The notes under the pieces are model-generated. The model did no database searches and had not been told where the DNA came from. It was given only the letters and a program-made list of their open reading frames with translations. A DNA stretch of 64,000 bases from Balanoglossus misakiensis. Lineage: Eukaryota; Animalia; Hemichordata. Position numbers and translations under genes: made by a program. The stretch lies in assembly GCA_040954595.2 (NCBI GenBank), contig CM082578.2:4384831-4448830 (forward strand), in the 5' to 3' direction. Positions 54,379 through 64,000 of this stretch are shown here, one piece after another (positions within the stretch are counted from its first letter, which is position 1; every line of letters starts with the position of its first letter).

Positions 54379-55846
54379 ATGGAGAAAGAGATGAAGGCCT
54401 TGATGCACTATCCACAGGAATATTTCGAGGGGCTGAGCACGTTGGCGCGCTATGGAGACAACGAAAAGTTTGAGAAACAACAATATAAGGATGTTACGTG
54501 CACCTTTGGAAGTTTCAACTTCTGTGGAGATAAAAATTCTGTATTGCATGTACTTGCTGTCGGACCAGCAGACGGTGAGCGTAAATTTAAACTTGTTGTC
54601 TCTCATTTAAGAGCTTTGGTGCTGTTTGTGACAGACACGTGAACCATTCACAAGAGTAAAGTTCGCTATTTGTTCCGTGTCTAATCTACAGCCACGGTAT
54701 CTATATGACCCATCATATTCTCGTCATTTTATCTAACACTGGATGAACATTGATGACATTTCAATTCATCCACAGGCGCTCATGACATACCAATTATAGA
54801 GGCATTAACAGGTAAATACGACCAAACCAACTTTCACATCGTGGAACCCGTGCAAAGTGAAGCACAAAAGTACAAAGCATTGGTTGCCACAAAGCAAGAA
54901 CAGGGACTCTGGAGAAACGCCAATTTTGAGTTCCACCAGGCGACAATCGAGGATTATCTCGCAGATGTGAAAAGGGGGAAAGCGCGGGACAATTATGACA
55001 TTATCCATGTTCAACACAGTGCCTATTATTTTGCCGATGTTGAAAACATTTTCGTGGGGCTCTACGGACTTCTTAACAAAGGAGGAATGTTGTTCAATAC
55101 CATGATTATCGGTAGGTACACATATTTTTTAGCAATTGATAATATTAAGCAATAACCCCGCCAGGCCATTACACAATGCACGACATTCATGTATGAGACA
55201 CTAATACGTCAAAAGTGAACGCCTGTGGACTAACAGCTTAAAGGGGTGAAGTCTCTCTCTCTCTCGCTGCCCTTTTTTTCCATCAATTATGTTTGATACA
55301 AGGCACCGTTTATGTTATTCTACATGTATATATAGAGTGAATCAGTGTTCAACAACACACACCTTCCATCCCGTTTGTAGGATGTGAGAGTAAAACACTC
55401 ACCAAAATGAATAATTTGAATTGGTGTCCGATTTGATGCCTGATTCGATATCTGATTATTACAAGCTTGACTTGACTTTTGACTTTTGCTTTTCAGGGGC
55501 CACTGAGAAGATATTTCTGCAGTTTGGGAATATCATCTCTGACCCACTGATGCCTAAATTTGGCTCAGCTTCTCTTCGCAGCATGATCCAGCGCCGAATT
55601 CCAAATGTGGAGATTCAAACAAAATGCAGAGAGATCTGCTACAACATTGACGAGTGCTTCAAAGAAGATTCGAGAGACGGAAATTTGATGCTTGATTTCA
55701 TAGTACAGATTTATGATTTCAGAAAGACCGCTCCAAAGGAAACCCTTGATGAATTCATACTGTATCTGAAAGACGAGTGTTGCCATGAAGTCGGGAATCG
55801 CTTGTATTTTTCGAGACAAGATGAAGACCTCATTATTATCAAGTAA
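54379..55846 (+). CDS. Histamine N-methyltransferase-like class I SAM methyltransferase; exons 54379-54574, 54776-55111, 55497-55846; 293 aa
   Basis: All junctions GT-AG, phase 1. Motif I VLAVGPADG, HIVEP, YDIIHVQHSAYY, LLNKGGML, C-terminal DECFKEDSRDGNLMLDFI. Length and motif layout match the HNMT family. AATAAA at ~56015. Confidence 0.88.
55242..55420. mobile_element. Partial arm of the TTAA MITE family in methyltransferase intron 2
   Basis: Preceded by TTAA; homologous to both arms of the 14112-14350 element. Confidence 0.7.
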
Positions 55847-56492
55847 ATGTTTCTAAGTCTCAAAATTACACTGTTCATCGCTCACGATCGTGAATCTTTA
55901 GTTCGTTCTAGGTCCGCACTGACTGTACTAAAATTCAAAGAAATATAAAATTAATTCTATATGCTGGTAAAATTAATTCCAGGCTCTATACAATTAATTC
56001 TAACACGTTTTATTAATAAACTACAATTTTGACCACAACGCCCCCCCCCCCCATACGTTGCTGGCATCAAAGGAATACGTTGTTGCTAGTTTGGCGGGTG
56101 TTGCAGCTATTTTGAATTTTGTAGTACCATGTTATCCTACATATTTCACGGCGACATTGTGCAGTGTATGTATGCTTACATGTGTAACAATTGACGAAAG
56201 ACCGACATGACAACGTATAAAATCCATAATTGGTTTATTCCCCAAAAAAGGTAATCGCACCAATGATAATATCCAGGGAGCCGATGAAGGAATGGTCTTT
56301 GAAATACTACTATGCGACAGAAGAAGATGCGGGTTAATTTATTGCTTCCATGCAAAGCAACGCAACGTTGAAAGATATTAATCTTCGATCCCTGTTGAGT
56401 TTCGGTGAAGCTTGTTTCAAAATGGAGGTCGGGGTTTACAGTCCCTTAACATCCATCACAGTCGCTGTAATGCGAATTTTGGTCCACCATCG

Positions 56493-56500
56493 TCACTCAC
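56493..56500 (-). CDS. Gene C putative terminal exon (codes S-E-stop, then 3' UTR)
   Basis: Acceptor tttttttcttacag ending at 56501. Phase-1 join gives AGT GAG TGA. Minus-strand AATAAA at 56234-39. Confidence 0.45.
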
Positions 56501-56611
56501 CTGTAAGAAAAAAAATCACATTCTTAAAGATATACGCGCAAAATGTATTCACAATTAGTTGACTTTAACATACAAACTTAGTTTTCACTAAATAAAAAAA
56601 CGCAATTACAA

Positions 56612-56690
56612 TGTAGGCGCTGGGAATCGAACCCAGGCCCTCCACGACGAGAGGTAGCTTCTCTCTCTCTTTCTGATACCCCGCGAGGGG
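56612..56690 (-). other. tRNA-like fragment (possible tRNA-derived SINE head)
   Basis: Minus strand contains cctgGGTTCGATTCCcagcg (T-arm/B-box); the 5' half is degenerate. Confidence 0.35.
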
Positions 56691-56922
56691 ATTTATTAGT
56701 ATGGTGGCCATCACAGATGCTATTCGAGCATTCAAAGCCCACTACAGGCGGAAGTGACGTCAACCGCCCAGACTGAAGCCAGGGCTCCGATTTCGACCGA
56801 GGCAAAACTCGACAAATTCGTGATATAAGTCGGTTATCGCAACTCGTAAGGTGTGTTACGCTTGATATCACCACATTAATGCATACGGCAAAATCCGTTG
56901 CTGTAAAATGGCTGCTACTCAC

Positions 56923-57087
56923 TTCTGTAGTCGATGCATTCTGAGCATGAGCAGTGAGCTGATGTATCACCACACCAACCGTAAAGTGAACAGCATGGAT
57001 GTATACTATCTGGGTCACACTCCGCAGGACTGCCACCAGGAAGGGGAAAATTGGGTCCACATCGAAGGTCACCTCGCCACCTATTGT
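56923..57087 (-). CDS. Gene C exon: hevein/chitin-binding-like Cys-rich domain
   Basis: WRGDLRCGPNFPLPGGSPAECDPDSIHPCCSLYGWCGDTSAHCSCSECIDYR with a CCSxxGWCG signature. 165 nt, phase 1. Confidence 0.87.
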
Positions 57088-57501
57088 CTAAGTGACAATG
57101 TATACAAAGAAACAACTGAAATGTGAGCTGCATGAACGTCGATTATGAGACGGAAGTAGCGAACAAAGGAAAACTTGCCGCCGCAACAACAGATCATTTG
57201 GAAGCACACCAACGGAAAAGTCAAACAATATACAATTTCAGTCAGTAGGTCATAGGTCACTTCGAAATTTTGGGAGAAGTTAAAACCTGCGGATACGTAC
57301 ATGGATCAAATAATTCTATTTCTTTCGCACTATTAGGTTTTTGTTCGGAGAAAATGCGCCCACCAATTCATGAAAAAGGGGCAGCGAGAGAGAGACTTTG
57401 TCCCTTTAAGGGAGCCCGCCAAGAAACCATAGTGGATACAAAGAAGAAAAATAATAAAAGAAAGGTGTCAAAAGCTACAGATAGTTGACCTTTGACTTTA
57501 C

Positions 57502-57729
57502 CTGATCTCTCAACAACTCCCGAGACAGCATCTGCAGCTGCTAGTTTCGCAGAAATTGGGTTCTTTAACCAGCATCTACCAGTATTTTCTCTGAAAGTCC
57601 ATGCAAGACACTGACTGTTGCGTTTGCAATCTTCACAACATTCTTCTGGACTGCTCTTGATGTTTTGGAGTCCGTTATTGATGTCATTGTAAGTTAAGGC
57701 GATACCATCTTCCATATTGCAGCTTGCGC
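57502..57729 (-). CDS. Gene C exon: PAN/Apple domain
   Basis: CNMEDGIALTYNDI...SPEECCEDCKRNSQCLAWTFRENTGRCWLK...AVSG. 228 nt, phase 1-1. Confidence 0.88.
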
Positions 57730-58004
57730 CTGTGATATCAAGAATATGTTCTTGGAGTTGAATAAAATGTCCATCACACTGTTAAACCTAAATATTGAAT
57801 TAAGCTCTCTCCAAATCTAATCAGCCAAAATTGAAACACCATGTTATTCCGCCGATACATTGGATTTGGTCCAAGTCTAAGGGCTTATTAAATTTCTTTC
57901 AGAAAATTTTGTTCTGAGTTCCTACAGCGTGCGTGGAGTGAACGCGTCAGTCATGGGATCGGTAGCGCGTGTTATAGCATACGCATGGCGGTAGAAGGGA
58001 GAAT

Positions 58005-58562
58005 GTCATGTCCAAAGAGTCCTTTAAAAATCGAGGGTCATGTCCAAAGAGTCCTTTAAAAATCGAGGGACATGTCCAAAGAGGCCTTAAAAAATAGATA
58101 GTCATGTCCAAAGAGGCCTTCAAAAATAGATGGTCATGTCCAAAGAGGCCTTCAAGAATAGATGGTCATGTCCAAAGAGGCCTTCAAAAAACGAGGGCCA
58201 TGTCCAAAGCTAGAGGCCTTCAAAAAACGAGGGCCATGTCCAAAGAGGCCTTCGAAAATAGAGGGTCATGTCCAAAGAGGCCTTCGAAAATAGAGGGTCA
58301 TGTCCAAAGAGGCCTTCGAAAATAGAGGGTCATGTCCAAAGAGGCCTTCGAAAATAGAGGGTCATGTCCAAAGAGGCCTTCGAAAATAGAGGGTCATGTC
58401 CAAAGAGGCCTTCAAAAATCGAGGGTCATGTCCAAAGAGGCCTTCAAAAATCGAGGGTCATGTCCAATGAGGCCTTCAAAAATAGAGGGTCATGTCCAAA
58501 GAGGCCTTCAAAAATCGAGGGTCATGTCCAAAGTAGACTTCAAAAATAGAGGGTCATGTCCA
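58005..58562. repeat. Intronic minisatellite, 32-bp unit, ~17 copies
   Basis: Unit catgtccaaagaggccttcRaaaatagagggt, head-to-tail with no spacers. Confidence 0.95.
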
Positions 58563-59465
58563 TAGTGGCCAATGTTTCAGCAATTTGCCTTCGTGATTTT
58601 ATATGGATTTTGTTTTTATAGTGTTCACAAACTTGATTTTTTTCCCATTTTCACGTTATTAGAGTCCATATAACACTGGGATGTTATTTCAATACAAATA
58701 CGATTTAAAGTCATGATACGATTTAAAGTTCAGTCATGTTGATTGTTTTGAGTTCAGCGTTGGGAAAGCGTTGTACTTTGTCATGCGGGAAGTTCAACTT
58801 CCATTTCTTTTCATGGCGTCTGTATACTCAGTTTATTATCGGTCACAAATCAACTATTTAACAAGAACTACCACTGGAATTTTCTTGTTCAACGTTTGAA
58901 GGTTTATTAAAAAAACGTTAAAGTTCAAAAACAAATTGCGTGCGAAGTCTGAGTGTGTGTACGTGTGCAGTGAAGCGATGGATTGCAGAGACAATATGCG
59001 TACGCTCCCTTTGGAATTCAACTTGCTACAATGTTTGACTTCTGTACTGGCCAGCGATAAAGAAAGTTGTCAAACCCAGAAATCAAAACCGGACACTCAA
59101 TTAATTTTCCCTGTATACTTTGACGTTTCGGTATATCCTTGTAAATATTTCAGAATTTAAAGGTCTTAGCTTAGTTAACATCTACAGTAACTGCATAATA
59201 AAATTGCAGGTTAGCAAAATCAGAGAGATTACAATGAACTGGCATCATTCTGAGCAAGTGCTGCTTACAGGTTGATGATGGACAAATTGTAACATTCGTA
59301 AGTATAAACATTTTTATGGGATACTGACAGCTTTGCATTTTTTCATGTTATTATACTGCATTGCATTCCCAAAACTGTTATATTTGACTGGATATTGTGA
59401 AAAATTATGAAATATACTTAACTGCATGTAGTATAGTGGTTTAATGAAATCCCGTCTCTACTTAC

Positions 59466-59879
59466 CCGTGCAGGAATCAAACTGTACACAGGCAGGACCA
59501 ACGTGGTTGTTTGCAGTGTGCCAAAACCAGTTAGAGTTGGCTGTCGGTGACACCTCGACGCAGATATGAGAGAAACTCTCGCACTCTCCCTGTGACAGGT
59601 CAAAACTTAGCGTGATCGCGAAGTTGATAAGCGCATTTGTTTGAAAGGTCATGGGATCCGCTGGTAAGTTTGCTTCAACTATGTCTCCGTCACCGCCGAT
59701 CGAACCGGACAAGAATGCGTCAACTTTCAACAGATCCACCAGTTGACCAGACAGCAATCCTGTACTGTGAGATGCTGTGGTGATCGTAACTGACAGATAA
59801 AAATCATTCGGTACTCCCATAAAAACATCAACTGTTCCGCTAACTTGCAATGGGCTCTGAGTTGCCGGGGCCACTTGAA
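59466..59879 (-). CDS. Gene C exon: unrecognised Cys/Trp module, copy 4
   Basis: 414 nt, phase 1-1, ends CESFSHICVEVSPTANSNWFW...PACVQFDSCT. Confidence 0.85.
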
Positions 59880-60028
59880 CTAGATGAATAGAATAAAGGA
59901 GTTAACACAGAGAAATTCCACCAGGAAAACAACTGCGATCACTCTAAGCTTCCATATTCCAAAATTCAAAATTTCCATTAAACAAAGACAAAAATGTGCA
60001 AAAAGTGCAACTATCTCTTTAGGCCTAC

Positions 60029-60457
60029 CGATACAGGTTCCATTCACTGCCAGACAACTTGAAAGAATGTCGCCTCCAGACCATTTCCATGGAAACATGG
60101 CGTTACCACCAGGGAATATACCAATGCAGATAAACTTGAGATCGTCACAACCGATATCAACCAATTCTGTTTCCATGAAAGTCACGTTATACATGGAGAT
60201 TGATATGTTCGGTGAGATAGACAAGGTACCGGAAGTGACGTTGGTCGGTGGAGAAGTCACAAGAGCTTGGTCTCCCTCGGTAGTTTTCAGGCTCAAATTC
60301 ATGCCGAATACATGGTTTATTTCACTGGAGAACTGTGCTGTGTCCGGTCCAATCGCTATGCTAACGTCGAGGGAAAATCGTTTCGATGAACCCATGACGA
60401 GGTCAGCATTGCTATTGGAACTGAGGCTCGCATCGAGAGATAGTCCGTCAATTTGAT
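60029..60457 (-). CDS. Gene C exon: unrecognised Cys/Trp module, copy 3
   Basis: 429 nt, phase 1-1, ends CDDLKFICIGIFPGGNAMFPWKW...SSCLAVNGTCI. Confidence 0.85.
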
Positions 60458-60711
60458 CTGAAGAGAAAAGGACAGCTTACTAGTAACATATATCTGACAA
60501 CCCAATGAACGTGTCTGTCAGCTTCATGTTCTATAGACAATCAATTTAAACACGTGCATCTGCTACAAATGCACACCAGAATGCTACGTGAGAAACTAAA
60601 TGTGTGGAGTTGTATATCTACAAGGAAACACACGAGTAAAGTTACCCTGAAATGGTTACATCTCTGAAACTCATATTACGGATGAAAACCATGATTTTAA
60701 TTTTAACTCAC

Positions 60712-61122
60712 GTGTACACGTCGTCACCTCAACACAGTTTGTGATACACCAGTCCTCGTAAAGCCACAAAAAGGGGGCGTCCTTCATAGGAGAAATGTCG
60801 GCGCACACATACGGGTACGTTGCACAGCCCATATCACGGAGGTCGTAGGTTGCCGTCAGGTTTTCCATGTTCACGTTGGAATCTGGAAGAATGACGGCCA
60901 TTGTTGGTGAGATATGATCAGCTAAAACTTTCTTCGAGTGTGGATGCCCTGTTGCATTGGCGGAGAAGTAGAGCTGAACGTCGAATAAGTTATCCTCCAC
61001 ACTTGTGTAGTTTCCCGTATCATTTCCGAGGTACAATTCAACGCCAATACATAACAACTGTGATGTTCCCATGGTTACGTTTATGTCTGCAAACACTTGC
61101 ATATCAATTGGATCAATGGGAT
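60712..61122 (-). CDS. Gene C exon: unrecognised Cys/Trp module, copy 2
   Basis: 411 nt, phase 1-1, ends CATYPYVCADISPMKDAPFLW...TNCVEVTTCT. Confidence 0.85.
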
Positions 61123-61220
61123 CTGTGAAGAAAAGATGAACAACCATTATGTATGAACATGGCATTGTGCATTGGAATCTTCCTGGAAATGGGTTTTCCA
61201 TGATTTTTTGAGACGGTACA

Positions 61221-61301
61221 TAGCATAGGCACGCGACCCGATTGCTTCGTGATCGGTAACTACTACCGATCGTGAAGCGATCGGGTCACGTGCATATGGT
61301 A
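61221..61301. repeat. 81-bp intronic near-perfect hairpin
   Basis: tagcataggcacgcgacccgattgcttcgtgatcggta-actac-taccgatcgtgaagcgatcgggtcacgtgcatatggta. Confidence 0.8.
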
Positions 61302-61482
61302 TATTGCACGTAATAAGTATTAAAAGTTCCGACTGATAGCTTAATATAAGGGTTACGTGTTTCTTAACCTGTAAAATAGAGTCACACAAGTATTGATATG
61401 GTCCAAAAACATCACAAATGTACACACGTGGTAACCATAAGCAAATTATCATTATTGAACTTTTATATACAAATGTACTCAC

Positions 61483-62061
61483 AAAGACAATCTCCTATTT
61501 CTACACAGGCAGTTCTCTTCACGTCGCCTGTCCACTGCCAAACTTCTGTGTCGACAGGATAAATCTCAACACAAATGAAGTTGTAACGGTCGCACGGTAT
61601 AGGATCGAAGTTGGCTTGAACATCTACCAGCACAGCCATATGATTAGAAAGTGTGACGTCATGTCCGAGTACAACAGCTGTTGTCCTGTGGGTCTGCGTT
61701 GCACCCTCATCTCCTAGTGTTACGAGTGCTGACGTTTCTGTTGTATTGACATGCACACCGGTTGTTGGGTCTGCACCACTGGAAGTCCCAGTTTCCATTG
61801 TTGTATTACCCAGAGAGCTGTTCGTGGGCGCAGTCTCTTGGGAAGCTGTGGACGAAACCAAGTCATCCCCAGCCGCGCTGACGTCAGACACAGCCAGGAA
61901 AGCGTTGATTGAAAACAAATCCGCTGCAGTGCCCTCTACTGTTCGGCTGGCGTAAACAATCGGCAGTTCAACGTTCAAATGGAAGTCAATCTGCCGACCT
62001 TGCACAACATCCGGAATATAATCAGGGTGGACGCGGAGGGTTGGAGTAGCGCTGATGAATG
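61483..62061 (-). CDS. Gene C exon: unrecognised Cys/Trp module, copy 1, with a Thr/Ser-rich insert
   Basis: 579 nt, phase 1-1, ends CDRYNFICVEIYPVDTEVWQW...TACVEIGDCL. Confidence 0.85.
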
Positions 62062-62513
62062 CTTGAAAGAGAAAGAGATTTAACCACGTCATTTTGTGCT
62101 CGTGTATATTTTAAAGTTAATAATTAATGTTAGCAAAGGTAACGTGAGATGGGTAGTTAGCCGTTCTTACATAATTGCAGCCATTGGTGTTACTAACACA
62201 ATTAAAAGCTCAAGTCGTGTGATAAGGAACAGTGGCTAAAACTGGTCTACTATGAAGGAACAAAATAACCATAAGGACAGGTGGAAGCCAATCCATTTAT
62301 ATACGCACAGCTATCTGCCGTCGATGCCAACTAACAGCAACTATACCGTGTATACACTTACTCGCACAAGTTATTAGTTTTTAAATTTATGATATCACTC
62401 TAAAATAATTGAAAATCAAACAGAACTTTGTAGTGCACATTTATTGAAACATCTTGACCATGGCAATACATTTGGTATGTTTAATTAGAAAAGGAGATTA
62501 TGTTATCAATTAC

Positions 62514-62606
62514 CTGGATTCGATGGTTGTGGTGTATGCAATGGCATGGGCGTTGTCTCAGGATTTCCAACGGACAGTCCCTTTTCACCAACCCCAAACA
62601 ATGCAC
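62514..62606 (-). CDS. Gene C Pro/Thr-rich linker exon (not in ORF track)
   Basis: 93 nt, phase 1-1, acceptor ttctttgtaag, donor CAG|gtaatt. ALFGVGEKGLSVGNPETTPMPLHTPQPSNP. Confidence 0.55.
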
Positions 62607-63159
62607 CTTACAAAGAATCAACATACTCAAATTGCCTAACTAGGTTAGTACGAAAATATACGAATATTTATTTACTATTATTATTATTATTTAGTTTCAC
62701 TAGTATTGATTTATTCATGAACCAACAGGTTGCCACAATAACAGGTTCGTTTGAAATAAAATCACTGTACAGAATAAAGTAAGAAAAAAACAGCTGAATA
62801 ACAACAGACAAACAAATGAACGTACTGGCAAGACATTGACGTATGAAAGAAAATACGGAACTGTGATAAACACGCATAAATCAAGATATAGAATACAGTT
62901 ATTCAGTAAAAAGGAGTTTGTATATTGCATGCCGAAAACTTGTGTAGTTACCAAAAGTATCAACACGTTACCGGGTCGTGGTTTTACGTATCCATGCTTA
63001 AATGTTGTTCGTTTAAATTCTGATGTATTCGTTTGTTTTGTTTTTTAAAAGTCAAATTATCTGACGTGATTGTTTGTTTCCGTTTTATGTTTAATTAACA
63101 TGAGAAAATTGGAAATAAATGCATGCAAACTATACGTCCTTCTTCCCAAGAGTTTGGAC

Positions 63160-63406
63160 AAAGGGAAGGGGTCGTCGCGCCGCGTGCGTGTCCCCCTTGA
63201 TGAGCATAGGTCTTCTCATACTAGCACAAACCTCACTGCAGTCACCACGACCTGCTAGGATCTTCAGTTGCTGTCATGCCCAGTCTACGCTACGGTTGGC
63301 TGCTTCGTTAATTCTAAGAATGATCTAATTTCAGGGATTTGTGGATGAACTGTAATGTTCATAAACAAACAAACGCGCCAACGCGGCGCGACGACTCCTT
63401 CACTTT
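63160..63406. mobile_element. Degenerate MITE with ~26-bp TIRs
   Basis: aaagggaaggggtcgtcgcgccgcgt / acgcggcgcgacgactccttcacttt(aa). Confidence 0.55.
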
Positions 63407-63689
63407 AAGCTAAGCCTTCGGAATTTGGAAGGCGATAACATAACGTCGGTTTGATCTAAGGGAGAACTATTTGATTTCTGGGGTGGTAAGATTTGGGTAT
63501 GTCAGAAATTTTTTTAACCACTATAACATCAAATGTATTATTTTATTACCAGAGTCAACCTTTTTCTTGAGGGCGTTGCAGCAAGTATTGTTTTTCTCAG
63601 CACCCTCTGCCAACATTGTTATCCAAAATCTATCGGAGATGCTAAAACTCTGACCATGAGCCATTTTGAGGATCACAGCTCGGATACTT

Positions 63690-64000
63690 TGAGCCAATCA
63701 GAACAGAGTATTTTAGCCCAATCAGAGGCCCAGTTAATCGTCCAATGACGTATTTTTCCCGCCAAAACAAAATTTGTTACTTTTTGGCTGGCGTTTTGTG
63801 CTTGTGTAACCGGTTCTGGAGTGACATTCAATAAAGTTGTTCAAACGTTGTACAGCAGCGTCCCGCTCCTGTAATTTCCCCTGCCATCCCCTCAGAACCT
63901 TTCTCATAATTCACCCCAGACGTATAGTATGTCACCTTTTTGGTGCCGAGACCAGGATTTACCGATTATGATGGCAGAACCAGAGGAACAGGAGCACCCA
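63690..64000 (+). mobile_element. Probable 3' part of a 5' LTR, primer-binding site and start of gag (LTR retrotransposon running off the right edge)
   Basis: Three CCAAT boxes (~63694-63746), AATAAA at ~63830, PBS-like TGGTGCCGAGACCAGGAT at 63941-58, then ATG at 63968 (MMAEPEEQEHP...). Confidence 0.5.

Noticed and set aside
58005-58562. CRISPR-like appearance of the 32-bp repeat and its repetitive ORFs
   Set aside because: Units are contiguous with no unique spacers, there are no cas genes, and the context is a eukaryotic intron.
59884-61955. Long plus-strand ORFs (59884-60456, 61418-61717, 61653-61955)
   Set aside because: Antisense shadows of the real minus-strand exons of gene C.

Overview
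AT-rich, intron-containing animal genomic DNA. The gene content and repeat types suggest a marine invertebrate deuterostome such as a hemichordate, echinoderm or amphioxus (inference). Three spliced genes could be reconstructed by hand from GT-AG junctions and exon phase. (1) A minus-strand Cys-rich extracellular protein with Sushi, FA58C/discoidin, EGF, Sushi, vWD and C8 domains (exons 33-10683, running off the left edge; candidate signal-peptide exon at 24549-24652). (2) A complete 3-exon histamine N-methyltransferase-like gene (54379-55846, 293 aa). (3) A convergent minus-strand gene with four exon-encoded copies of an unrecognised ~135-aa Cys/Trp module, then a PAN/Apple domain and a hevein-like Cys-rich domain (56493-62606). 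The 25-43 kb region has no convincing coding sequence. The 43-54 kb region is a transposon cluster: a foldback element carrying four divergently oriented CTCF-consensus motifs, a decayed DNA-transposon ORF, a Gypsy RT relic, nested TAGTCT-ended MITEs with 9-bp TSDs, and an RTEX-like LINE with an intact 932-aa ORF2. Harbinger-like and TTAA MITEs, micro- and minisatellites, and a probable LTR/PBS junction at the right edge are also present. No CRISPR, rRNA or intact tRNA was seen, and most of the supplied short ORFs are spurious.
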